A stretch of 63,896 nucleotides of DNA, counting the filler, from Neolecta irregularis DAH-3 (taxonomy: Eukaryota): assembly GCA_001929475.1 (NCBI GenBank). It is 14 parts of 14 records of this genome, joined end to end, with 100 filler letters (N's around TTAATTAATTAA, not from the genome) between each part and the next. Parts side by side here need not be neighbours in the genome. Positions count along the whole stretch, not along the records: positions 35,135 to 41,004 come from LXFE01001150.1; positions 41,105 to 53,422 come from LXFE01001151.1; 12 more parts are not named here. The stretch is one strand, 5' to 3'. Shown piece by piece: positions 38,638 to 50,900 of the stretch. Positions within the stretch are counted from its first letter, which is position 1, and each line of letters opens with the position of its first letter. Under the pieces are notes generated by a model, which was not told where the DNA came from, did not search any database, and was given only the letters and a program-made list of their open reading frames with translations. The position numbers and the translations under genes are program-made.

Positions 38638-39912
38638 ATGATACCCCAGACAATGTACGATCCTGCCAGAGATTGCTTTACATCGAGTTCTCCGCCAAAA
38701 CCACAAGCACAGTCTCCTTCTAAAAATTCTCGTAAACGACGGTTGCCTGGTACAAATCGCGATTCGGAAGAAGAGGAAATAGGCAACGTTCCATCTCGGT
38801 CACCGTCGCCCCATCGCCCTCTCAAGCGCCCAAATATCCGAAAGGAGAGAGCCCTTGATCCTCTGCCTGCAGAATCATCTCATGGAGAACCCGCGGCTAA
38901 GAAACCGTGCGTTGGAGTAGATGTCGTTAAAAAGCACTGTATCTACCGACCCGCCCATTCATCCTAACATTAAAAGACAACGACAGACGAGAAATTGGTC
39001 GATCCGCTCGGAAATATTCTCCAATCATCAAACTGCGCGCATTCAACAATTGGATTAAATCATGTCTTATCCAAAAATTTACACCGTATACATCTGACCA
39101 TCCCCTTGTTGTCCTAGATATGGGCTGTGGTAAAGGAGGCGATTTACTCAAATGGGATAAAGCTAGGATAAATATTTATGTAGGCGTGGATGTCGCTGAC
39201 GTTTCTGTTAGTCAAGCGAGAAACAGATATCGAGATATGAAGAGAGTGGGGTTTGAAGCTAGTTTCTATGTATTGGACTGTTTTCGAGTATTTCCCCCTT
39301 TTTTATTTGTTTCCGGGTAATAATTGACGGTAGCGGTCGTTGAGAGATGTATTACCTCGAGACCATCCACCTTTCGATATCGTATCCATGCAATTTTGTA
39401 TGCACTATGCTTTTGAATCTGAACGGCAGGCTAGGACTCTGCTTGAGAATGTAACACGTGGTTTACGTCTTGGAGGGAAATTCATTGGAACGATCCCGAA
39501 TTCTGAAATCATTGAATCTCATTTAAAAGAGGGCGAATTGAAATGGGGAAATCAATTTTATCGTGTCGAGTTTGAAAAGCCTCTTCCTAATGGATGTTTT
39601 CGACCGCCTTTTGGCCATCGGTATTCTTTTTTCCTGCAAGATGCGGTTGAGGATGTTCCTGAATATGTCGTTCCATTTGGTGCTTTTCGAAGTCTGGCAG
39701 AAGAATATAACCTGGAATTGCTGTATCGTAAGCCATTTATGGATATCTTTCAGGAAGAAAAACAGGACCGCGAGTTGGGGTATTTGCTGGATCGAATGGG
39801 TGTTGTTGATCAAGATGGTCGTCGAGGAATCCAAGGCGATGAAAGAGAGTGTGCAGCGTTTTATCTGGCTTTTGCATTTGAGAAGAGAGGGGTTAGATTG
39901 CAAGCACTGTGA
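38638..39912 (+). CDS. ABD1: mRNA cap guanine-N7 methyltransferase, two introns
   Basis: SPIIKLRAFNNWIKS, VLDMGCGKGGDLLKW, FDIVSMQFCMHYAFES, VPEYVVPF, FYLAFAFEK. Confidence 0.96.
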
Positions 39913-40053
39913 TTAAATGGGTGTGCAAAGGGGTATTGGTGAAAGGGCTGCAAATGACAATTCTATTCCATGTCGACCCTTGATGTGTGACAAAACAACG
40001 TACTCCAATGGATACAGATACACCCAACCACAAGAGAACTAGAAGAAAAGAAA

Positions 40054-41004
40054 TCACTGCAGCTGTTCTAGATAGCCGATTCTCTTACGCAAAGCCAGTC
40101 TCAAGGCACGGATCATATTTGTTGTAGAGTTGGTCTGGGATACCTGGACATTGCGGAAGCGGGTTGCCAAATCGTCGAGCCGCGGGGGGCGAGCCTGGAG
40201 GCAGCCGACGTTGAGCGTTTGGCGGGGATCGACGAAGCGGGATGAGAGGGGCGAGTAGGGGTTAGTGGAGCAGTCTGCGGGGAGGGGCGGATACATGACG
40301 GTTGCAATGGCGGGCGTATCTGCGTAGTTTGGGGTTTCGAGAAAGAGGTCTGGATCGAAGGCGGTTGAGTGGGACAGATGGTCGAGGTAGGCGTCGACCT
40401 GGTAGAGATCTTTGCGGGTGGCCAGGGAGGGCAGATCCCACAGATCTGGGGAAAAGTCTGCGTTTGGGAGGACAAAGTATTCGAGGGAGTAGGGCGGCGG
40501 GGGCGGGGCAAAGTCGCCCACGCGGGCCTTTTTGATGCCCTCGAACCACGCATCGGCGTGCTCCAGGGTGCGTTTGCGCGCGGCGAAGTAGGACGTAGCT
40601 GGGTCTGACAGAGAGTCTGAGTCTTTGTAGTCCTTGGAGTCTTTGTAGTCTCTCGAGTCTCCCGAATGCAAAGGGCTGCCCGGGACCAGCGAGTGGATGC
40701 GCGCGTGCTTCTTGAGATCCTGCGGGCGCTTAAAGGCCTTGCTGCAGACGGGGCACGGGTGCGGCTTGAGCGGGACATGGACGCGCAGGTGCGAAGTGAG
40801 ATGGTCGCGCTTGAGGGTGCGGATCCCGCAGCCGCCCCAAGCGCACTGCAGCGTCAGCGTGCCCGCGCTCTTGCGCCCCACATGCGCTTCGCACAGGTGG
40901 CTCTGCTGTCAGAAGATATTCCGCCGGGCTCGCACGTAGAGCGGCGCCGCGCCCGCGAACGACAGGCGGCAGCCGTGCCACTCGCACTGCAGCCCCGCCG
41001 GCGG
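40054..41004 (-). CDS. pacC: pH-response C2H2 transcription factor PacC/Rim101, 5' end in gap
   Basis: [72 protein letters not shown]. Confidence 0.93.
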
Positions 41005-41104
41005 NNNNNNNNNNNNNNNNNNNNNNNNNNNNNNNNNNNNNNNNNNNNTTAATTAATTAANNNNNNNNNNNNNNNNNNNNNNNNNNNNNNNNNNNNNNNN
41101 NNNN

Positions 41105-42676
41105 AATGGGGGGGCGTCGCTTGGTACGCCGTTGAGCTTAGTGTTCAGTCGCATGTGTGGAATCGTCCAACCTCTCCACTAAATCCACCAGCCTCATAAT
41201 GCTCGCACTTATAAAATCAATTTTGTCTTCATGCCCACTTGATCAATGTGGTTTGTAGTCAAACTAAAACGTAGCACCAAACTGTAGTCCAAAGTCGAAA
41301 ATGGTCCGTAATCTTCGATGATCACTGATCTCCAGATCCAAAACACGTCGATCTGGGATACCTTTGGAGCTGAGAGAAAATTAAAAGGGGTCCAGAACGA
41401 TGCAATTTCTCCTTTCTCTTGCTTTCTAGTCTCAACTTTTGGTTGTACACTCTGAGACAGCTCTTAGGACGTATCTGGCCCGTGGGCGGCTTCAGTCTCT
41501 TGGCTCCGTTTCCGTTTCAGCCTCCCTCCTCAGGTAGCACTATAGATCTCTCTTTTCCGGATAGAGGGGTGCTCAGTGTTGTGGATGGGCCAAAGCCTGG
41601 CTCAAGATACTATCTATACTTTATAGTGGCAGATTGTAGAATGGCTATTATTCCCGGACTCTCGGAAATCATTCTGATCCCTCCCCCAAAAGAAACCCCT
41701 CCCTCCCAGAACCCTCCCGATCCCCGTCGGAATATCAGGGCCCTTCACTCAAGACTACTTAAGCTGCCGTGACTGCCTATTCCCTCGCCTACGACATCGC
41801 CCGCTCCAGTCTGTGTGAGCAACTTGCTGCATCAGCCCCCGCTGCTCGTCCTCAGCGGCTCCACGAGTCGTCCCGCATGTTTTCCTTCATTGTTTTAACC
41901 TTGGTCTCCATATTATAACTAACCTCATTGTAAACGTCTCAGTCTCCTGAGATCCACTGAACCTTATCTAAAGACAATGTAAAGATAAACCCTTTATTTG
42001 TCAGAGTAACTCTGCCCAAAGAAAGGTATGGCACGCGCGTCACACTATATACAAAGTGAAACCCCTTATCACTGTGGACCGTCTTATCTTAACACCCACC
42101 ATGCCCTCCCTAGACTAACCATGTTGTGACTGTAGTAAGCATATCAGCTCCATTTAGCTGATATGCTTACATCGCAGCACTCCGAGTATTCCCATCCTCG
42201 CAACTGGCACCTGCGCTTCCCCATCTCTGTTCGTCGCGGGTGGCAAGGCTAGTGGCAGTCCTGACTTGGCTCGGTGGTATTGCTTGCCACAGTCAGGCAG
42301 GCAGGCTGCTTTGGTCGGTGTCGACGTCAGTGAGTCTTGAACCGTTGTGGGGGTCGTGGTGGCTTGCGATGGGGGCTGCCGGTGCGGTCTGATCGTGGGA
42401 CATCATCAAGTCCCCACACTTATAGTCAAACCTGCTTGTAACGAGTGTGGCCTTCAAGGGTAATGCTTTCAAAGTCATATAGCTGAGTAGAGAACTAGGT
42501 ACAAGATAGAAACAGGCACCTTTTATAGTCGTTGCCAGCAAGGCTCCCTGCAGGTCAACAACCAAAGAGAGACAATAGGAAACAAAAGTACAGAGTAGTC
42601 TAGGAAGGGCGAATCAATAACAGGAAAAAAAGAGAAAGAAAAGTAATAGAATGGAAAGTTTGCTACTCGCGAGGCC
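41105..42676. mobile_element. Transposon/retroelement debris
   Basis: Repeated terminus at 41105; no intact gene; degenerate low-complexity ORFs; perfect hairpin at 42135-42170. Confidence 0.4.
42135..42170. repeat. Perfect 15-bp inverted repeat with 6-nt loop
   Basis: GTAAGCATATCAGCT-CCATTT-AGCTGATATGCTTAC. Confidence 0.95.
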
Positions 42677-44017
42677 TTAGTTTTCAATAGTGCCATCAAC
42701 TAAGGTTTTTCCTGCTAAAGTCTGCATGCTTGTCAACATTCGAGAGCCAAAATGAAAATCCTCAGTTTCGAGATCACTCTGACGAACCTTGTAAACCCAA
42801 GATAATACGAATGTCATCATATAGTGTATGGCATTCACGGGAAGGAGGTCAGAAAATTGTCGATAATTCATTGCGCTGATAACGCGCCCGACCACTGCTG
42901 TTGCTATTTCTTTCTGAAGCGTAGGCTCAGGCTGAGATAAGTCTTGTGGACTAAAATAGGTTTTCTCTGGGGGGGACCGAATCACCGTCGTTCCCTTCTC
43001 AAGTCCAAGTAAGCGATCTGTCTGCTGGCAGTAGATTAAACAAGCTTCATCTATTCTCTTGGATGATTGGTCAGGTTTACCATCTGCAGATATGTATGCG
43101 ATCTCATCATGTGATTCGCCAGCAGCTATGGTAACATAGTGACCTGACCCAAACGAAACGACCAATACACGAGACTGGACACCTGTATAGCAAGTCTGTA
43201 TGGCCAAGTAATACGAATTAGACTGATATGCATAAGTATCCTTGGGCCCGTACAACTTGAGAAAGATCAACACCAGCTGATCAAAGTTTGTCGAAGATTT
43301 AGGACCCGGCAGAATCCATGACTTGAGTGCGGAAATGACCGACTTTCGATCGAGATTATGCGATAGCGAAGCTTGTTTTAGAACACTCGGGGATCTAGGG
43401 CCGAAATCTTTCTCATTTATTCCAGCAATCCTCAAGGACAGCCAAACAAAGTCGTTGCAATCCCCTCTGTGATTATTGAGCTGTTTGCAGAACTTTTCAC
43501 ATGCCCAGGCCGAGCATCCATTACTGCTGGTAAAGAGTCTAGACATTTCGGAAACAGGGGTCACAAAATCGTATCCACTGATGAGCCTAGAATATAAGAT
43601 GGTTTACAAATTCGCCTTCTACCCATATAGCGACCGAAACTCATAGTCCCAATGAATCTCGCCTTCATCCTTATATAGCGACGGTAAGTGATGGAGTGGG
43701 TCATCATAGAAATTTAGGTTAGCTACGACTTGTTGAGCTAAATAACGAAAAAGGAGGCAGGTGAGTTTTTTTTCGACATATGTCAAAATGAAGGAATTGC
43801 AGAAATATGGGGCATTGACACATCGTGCAGCACAAATCTCTTCTGGAGTTTCCGTTTGAAAGCTTTCCGCACCCTCGTCGCAGATCGTCGTAGAATGAAA
43901 GCCATCAGGATGTATTGTCGCCAAGTCACTGACCTGAATCTGTTCAAAATTATGGAGGTACGAGTTTGCAAAGCAAAGACTTCCGTACAACGCGATGACA
44001 ACCAGAGTCGACAACAT
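42677..44017 (-). CDS. Secreted protein, PAN/apple-like header plus cargo type 1; 434 aa; intron 43587-43622
   Basis: Signal peptide MLSTLVVIALYGSLCFA; YLHNF; EEICAARCVNAPYFCNSF..CLLF; phase-2 intron fuses the ORFs in frame; paralogous to 57941-59149. Confidence 0.82.
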
Positions 44018-44654
44018 GGTTTGTGATACGTAAAAAACAATCAGGGCCAGGCACCTCCTATTTAACTACTTTTTGGACCCAGATATAGATACGACAAGTA
44101 AATGGCTGACTCAGCCTCAACATTAATGCTTCCGAATGTGAGATATTGGTTGGAAACTGCGCCTAGTTTTGGGAGACGCTGAACGCGAAGAGCCTTGCGG
44201 GACCAGCAGCAGCAGCACAGACACAAAGGCGAGGGCAGCCACCGCGGGGGCGTGGGGCATGCGGACATCTGTGATCTCGCAGAGCAGGGCGGGAGCCAGG
44301 CGGTCATCTGAGATAGCCAGAATCGAACAGAGTTCTCTAGTAAATTGGGATTAGCAGAGGCTCGATTATTTAACGTCAGTATTATTCAGTCTCATGATGT
44401 CTGAATTTATGGAGAAAGCCTGCAAGTCAAATACGGATAAACTCGACTCTGGTCACGCGAATCGCGTTGCAAGAAATAGAATCACTCGATAATGGCGATT
44501 CTAATCTCAAATCAGAGAGTCAGGAGATTTGTGGATATTTGATAACAAATAAAAGTAAATGTCTGGTGATACAGTATTATAGGTGTGGTCAGCAATATTT
44601 TGAAGGTCAGAATTTCAACTGATTCACTCGACCTGCTTCCACTGCTGACGTCAC

Positions 44655-45176
44655 ATGTATTCCCTACAATCTATCAATGCTCTAAACGGGCCTCCTGCTG
44701 CTGGTCCATACTGTCATGCTGTTGTGACCAACGGAATGGTTTTCTTATCTGGGCAAATCCCCGTTGACAAAGATGGGAATGTCGTTGAGGGAGATATTCA
44801 GCTGCATGCTGTACGATCTCAGTCTTAAGGTGGTATCATCTGATCATATGGCGACAATGTCTTAAAAACCTTGCAACTGTTCTTCAGGCCTCCGGGTCTG
44901 GTTTGAATCATGTTGCTAAGTAACGATCTTTTTGGCTGATATGGGAGATTTTGCCAAAGTCAATGAGGCCTATGCCGAGGTAGTTTGACTTTTTTTGAAC
45001 CACCTGACTCGTTTAGATTTTTGGAAATCACAAGCCTGCCCGGTATTTGACTTGCGAAATATACAAGTTAACCAAACAGCGCATGTGTTGCAGTCAAAAC
45101 ACTTCCAAAGAATGTCGATGTCGAGATTGATTGCATTGCTGTCGTAGCACAGGGACTGCACAACCAACGCACGTAG
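44655..45176 (+). pseudogene. RidA/YjgF/Mmf1 family deaminase, apparently pseudogenised
   Basis: PPAAGPYCHAV..FLSGQIP, FLADMGDFAKVNEAYAE, HKPARACVAVKTLP..VEIDCIA; first acceptor is TGG (44849-44851) and a 1-nt deletion gives TAA at 44921. Confidence 0.85.
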
Positions 45177-45199
45177 TATCACACTAGATTATATAAGAA

Positions 45200-46363
45200 A
45201 CGCCAATTGATAGCAGCCCTAAACTCAGATCAGCACTCAGAACTAAGGAATCGGATACAGATTGGAGTTTGTTGGCTGGAGGATCAGAAGAGGAATGGCA
45301 GAAAATTGACAAAGATTGGGAGGATGGAAATGGGATTAAAATGATGGAGGAAAAGGAAGGTATGGCTCAGATGCTAATACCGTCAAACCAACCTCGAAAT
45401 CAGGACATACAAAAAATCCCCAGAATCGAGCAGTTAGAACTGGCAAGAAACCAGGCAATCGATTCTGCCTTTCATGCCAAACTCAATCAGGCAGATCAGG
45501 CGAATAAATCGCGAAAACGAGGGAATGTATATGGGCTAAGAGACTTGGTCCTGCTCTCTACCCGAAATTTCGCAGCAAAGGATGGTACGGGTAAGAAGTT
45601 GATGCCAAAGTAGATAGGTCCCTATCCAATAACTCACGTTGGCACTAGTGGAAATTACGAGCTAAAACTTCCAGCGAATATGAGAAACTATCCTAAATTT
45701 CATACATTGCTTCTAAAGAAGTTTCACTGAAATGATGCTAACTTATTTCCAAATCGCACACCATATTATCCGCCTCCAATTCACTTCGAAGACGGATATC
45801 CCGAGCATGAAGTCGAAAAGGTCAGTTACCATCAGGTCCGGGAAGGCAAAATCTTTTACCTTGTTAAGTGGAAAGGGTTTCCAAGCGAAAAAACATCTTG
45901 GGAACCCGAAGAGCATATGAAAAACGCGCAAGAATCAATCCGATCGTTTTTTAACTTGAGAAATTCAGTTACCATTCAGCAAGAGTGGAATACGAATTTT
46001 TGTTGGCAGGAGGGTGTGGGGACTTGGAGCGTCCCCATACGATCGTTAATCCCCGGGTCGCCAGTCACCACCAAACCGTTGGCGATTACTAAGGGATTGG
46101 TAAAGGGAAACCACCAGCGTCATGGCTTCAGCCATTCGGGGTGGTCATCAGACTGACCACCAAGTACATCACAGGAGGGCAAGAGGCAAATGACAGTATT
46201 GTGCAGAAGAGCGGATTTGTATTTAAGTAGTGCCTATCCTGACTAGCAGGGGAGGCTTTAACGCGATACTCAATATACTCAGTTACTTCTTATCTAAAGT
46301 AACTAAGTCAGAGTAATCAACCCGAGTCTCAACCAGCACCAAGTCCAAGTTCGCGTGCTGACA
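45200..46363 (+). mobile_element. Ty3/gypsy chromovirus 3' remnant: integrase C-terminus, chromodomain, PPT, LTR (46015-46363)
   Basis: DLVLLSTRN..KLMPK*IGPYPI; HEVEKV..YLVKWKGFPSEKTSWEPEEHMKNA; GGCAGGAGGG then TGTGG...TGACA. Confidence 0.9.
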
Positions 46364-46554
46364 CCTGGGTTATAACACTTCGTTATTTGTAACTTCTGGC
46401 GTTAAGATTACAACTATACTCTTTGTAGCAGAGTATATAGTTATACCTAGCCTGAGTTACAACACTTTGGCTAGGTATGTCCTGTACAGAGTTACAACAC
46501 TTAGGCTAGAAATATTACCTGGTCTTATTTGTAACTTTTGGCGTCAAGTTTACA
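46364..46554 (+). mobile_element. Two partial copies of LTR-like family L1
   Basis: Repeated ttatttgtaactt.tggcgt.aag.ttaca ends. Confidence 0.7.
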
Positions 46555-46657
46555 GACCACCTACTCTTCACCTCCCTATCTTAAATCCCGCGCAACCCTT
46601 AAGGTTCTGTTTTGTTGGCAGTTCTTGGATCCTAAACACATATATAAGACGTAAGAC

Positions 46658-47754
46658 ATGGCGCCGCTCGACCAAACTCCCCTCTGGCTCGATTGTGATC
46701 CCGGACATGACGACGCCCTTGCAATCATACTCGCGGCCCATTCACCAGACATTCATCTTCTCGGCATCTCCACCACCCATGGGAACACCTCTTTGAGTCA
46801 TACAACTGAAAATGCTCTTCGTATTCTGACTGCAATCAATCGAGATGATATCCCTGTATATGCTGGAGCTGAGGTATCACCATGAAAAGCAAACAAGCCT
46901 GAAAATAGAAACCAATTATGCGGCCGCCAATATATGCTCCCCAAATTCATGGTGAATCAGGCCTCGATGGAACTGATCTATTGCCTCTTTCATCGTCAAA
47001 AGTCCGGACTGAAAAAGCTATAAATGCGATGGCTGAGGCAATTCTTGGATGCCCGCCCGGGGAAACTGTTCTTTGCGCTACGGGACCGGTCACCAATGTT
47101 GCTCATTTGATATCTGTATATCCTGAAGTTGCAGATCACCTACGAGAAGTTGTTATAATGGGCGGTGCAATCGGCTCAGGCAAGTGTTGAAGAAACCTTG
47201 CCTAGTTAATATCCTAGGAAATGTTGCCCCAGTAGCTGAATTCAATATGCTCGCTGATCCGGAAGCCGCGCAAGCTGTGTTGCAACATCCCAGACTCAAG
47301 GGAAAGATTGTTCTAATTCCTCTGGAGTTAACACATACCGCTATCGTAACCAAAGAGATACTTGAGAAAATTGGATCCAGTCGATCAATCTTTCGAAATA
47401 TGCTCTCTGATCTCGTGCTATTCTTCGCTGAAACTTATGCAAAAGTCTTTGGTATCACTGTAGGACCTCCAGTCCATGATCCATGTACAGTTGCCTACGT
47501 CATAGCACGGGAGAATTTTAGACTTAAGGAAATGAGAGTTGACGTGATCACTGATCATCCAAAGTGTTCTGGACAAACCGTCTGTGACGTTTGGGGATAT
47601 GACAAAAATACTAATGTCAAACTTGCAATGCATATGGATGTACGTACCTCTGTTTTATGGAGTTGATTCTAATTTTGTGTAGGTGACCAAATTCTGGGAT
47701 CTCGTACTAACTGCCATCAATAAGGCCGATGAAGAAAGTCCCATGAATTCGTGA
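46658..47754 (+). CDS. URH1: Uridine nucleosidase (IU-NH family), multi-exon
   Basis: LWLDCDPGHDDA, IHGESGLDG, ATGPVTNVA, IMGGA, AEFNMLADPEAA, PPVHDP. Confidence 0.95.
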
Positions 47755-47940
47755 TCGGAACTGTTAGAATGTAGATGGATGTAGAGAAGAGAAATAACTT
47801 TTACGAAACCGGCTTGTATTAGCCAACTCCAACACGGGTTTCCGGAACTAGACCAACTGAGCTATAATATCTCCGCCAGTTTCTCACGCTTCAAATCCTC
47901 CCTATTTTCGCGTTTCGGACATCTAATGCCTTGAGTTGTG

Positions 47941-50900
47941 ATGAATCCTCGCAAAAGGGGTCCCCACAAAGAGATTCGTCGGAGCAGGGCTGTCTCAGAC
48001 ACGCATGCTATGGATGTCAAACGATGGAATATCTTGTCGAATATTCCCCTTGAGGGGGAGGAATTGTCTGCAGTTTCTGTTGAGAGTACTATAGCAGGTG
48101 CTGGACCGTATCCGCCAATGCAATCTGCGATCGCTAGACCTTATCCTCGGCCTAAAACGTCATTACAAAGCGGCCGAGAACATATCAGGAATGTATCCGA
48201 CGATCATACGCATCGCAGTCACGAGTGTGCTACAGTAGACAGTTGTATGAATGATAAGAGACATTTTTCGAATATGGCGATGGAAAATCATCTTGTAGCT
48301 TCCCCTGGCACAGACGATGAATTGTCGGACGCAGCAACCAGCGGTCCGGCAACATGTAGTCTTCGTCAGAACCACGAAGAAGGTCAAATGCAGCGTCCGA
48401 AACGGTCTATACTCTACGAAACACGATCAAATTCCTCCCGCGATTCACTTCGAGTGGGATTAGGGACAGAAGATTCCCCGTTACACCCTCACCGTCACAC
48501 GCACCACGACGAGCCGAGACTAGTGGAGGGTGTTGCAACGCCTGCAGCATCGTCTCCTGCTTCCGAGTGGGATATCGAAAGAGTTACTGCTTGGTTAGCT
48601 GAGAGTGGGTTCAATGAGGAATGGCAAGAAGCTTTTCGCAATGAGAGGTTGGAGGGGCAAAGGTTTCTCGACTTGGTCAGTTATCCTCGGCTGCGCCAGA
48701 CTGTCCCTCCCTTGTTGGTGAACCGTGGCGGAGCAAGGTTATGCAATGCAATCCGTAGAACCCTCGATAAACGAGATCAGCACGATCAACAACGCACTAT
48801 TCAGCCCTATCGGAGCACAAGCAGTCCACCTGTTGAGTCTAGCGAAGCGAGACATAAATATCGGAGTGTCACTGCACCCCCTGCTTCTGTTTACCCCTTA
48901 CAAACGAAGCGTCCGATTCCCGTGGACGGCCGCCTGTTTCAGTCAGCTCCAGTACTTGGTATCTCCAGATTGCCGGTTTTAATCTCACTGGATGCAGCAA
49001 CAATGCGTAACAGTAGCATGAGGAGTCCGACCAATTTGTTGGAGACTTTGAACCATCCTACCGGACACGTAAAGTCCACGTCAGCAGATTCCCATTTTTC
49101 TGGAGCTTCGTTTGGGTCGTTGTCGTCCGGTCAATCTCTATTTTATTCCGAGGGATATAACCCAATTATGGCTACATCTAGCGAAGATTTTAACGGACTT
49201 CCGCCCAGACATAAACCCCGAAAATCCCATCCTTCTGTTCGTAGAACCGAAGCTGGCGATGTAAATAAAGAAAAATACGGGCTACTAAAAAAGTTCTTTT
49301 CAAGAGACAAAGAAAAGGACGGATATAATCGTGAGAGCACATGGCTTGGCAAGCGATTTTCGACTATGGTAAAAATAGAATGATATTTTGGAATACCCAC
49401 TGATGAGTCTAGGTGGCAGAAGATATCCCTACAAGTACTCATAGATTGTCGCTCATTGACCCGCACGAGTTGCGACTGGATATAGACGCTACGGCACCTC
49501 CGGAATCATTCAAGCTGCCTTTAACGGAACAATATCCACTGGAATCCGAAACACCCATACGTGAAGAATCAGCCTTTGTTCACCGCTTATTTCTAGCTAG
49601 AAAAATACTTGTGCAGGTTACCAAAGACGGAGAACAGTTCTTTGTCGTCAACCTGTCGCACTATTGCTACACACCCTCGCTGATCCGCGAGGCTCTTTGT
49701 GAAAAAGTTCAGTTAACTGCTGAATTTTACGACATCTATTTGACTGAAATTGGGGCCGAAGAACCTACAGGTAAAAATGGTTGCTCTCTTATGCAAGACT
49801 TACAGCAGGCACCGAGTTGGACGATATGGCTCTGGTCACGTCAACAATGGCGGGAGATGCAAAAGGCACTCTCAAGTTCTTTGTCAAGCCAAAGTCTTCG
49901 TTTTCTGCAGCGGCCCAGCCCCTAGATGAAACATTGTCTGAAGAAACTTTTGATGGTCGGCGATATCCACCTACACCTTCATACCTTTATCCTGCCGACT
50001 ATGAGCGAAGGGGGAATGAAAGTATTGCGACTTGTTCGACGCCGCCTATTCGTTCTCACAGTATTTCTCCAAGCGTAACCATTCATTCGGGCGGTGACTA
50101 TTTTTCCGCCCCGTCGCCTCATTTTGCATCGCATCACCATGAATCTGAGAGTGCAAGACCACATGAAATCGAATCATTGCTTCATCAGTGGCAGCAGCCT
50201 TCAAGCGGTGCAAGTCCTGTGGAGGATTTCGACGATTTTAAAGCATCTCCGAAATTTTATCAGACTGTGCGATCGAAAACTGAGGGATTCGAGGTTTTAC
50301 GGGGGTCAAAAGGCGAAGAGTCGATTGCAGAGTTTTATCAACATCCTGCTGCTTCAAAGTCAAAGGATAAAGGGTTATCTGTGAGTAGCGTTTTGCCTGT
50401 ACATGAGCCTGAAAGATCGTTTCAGAGACTCGAGGCGGAGGATTTACGGTGTTCGAGGCGAGTTAATGAAGGGTTTACAGTATTGCGTGGATCTAGAAGT
50501 GATCCTGTTGAAGATACAAAGAGTGTTTCCGCCCAACCCGAGCAAGGCTCCGGCAAGACACTGACTCGTAAACGTACCAAGAAGGATTTGAAGAATTACG
50601 ATTTGAAAGCGCATAGACAGGCTCCTCTGCCGCCTATTGCATGTCGCAGGATCGATCGAACGTTTAATGACGAAAACTTTGATAGTCTAGGTGGTTCCCA
50701 GCAGAAGAAGAATACGAGAGATCCGCGATATCATACCAAATTTATGGAAGATCAACAAATTGGTGTTCCTACAATTACTNNNNNNNNNNGCGTTTAATGA
50801 CGAAAACTTTGATAGTCTAGGTGGTTCCCAGCAGAAGAAGAACACGAGAGATCCGCGATATCATACCAAATTTATGGAAGATCAACAAATTGGTGTTCCT

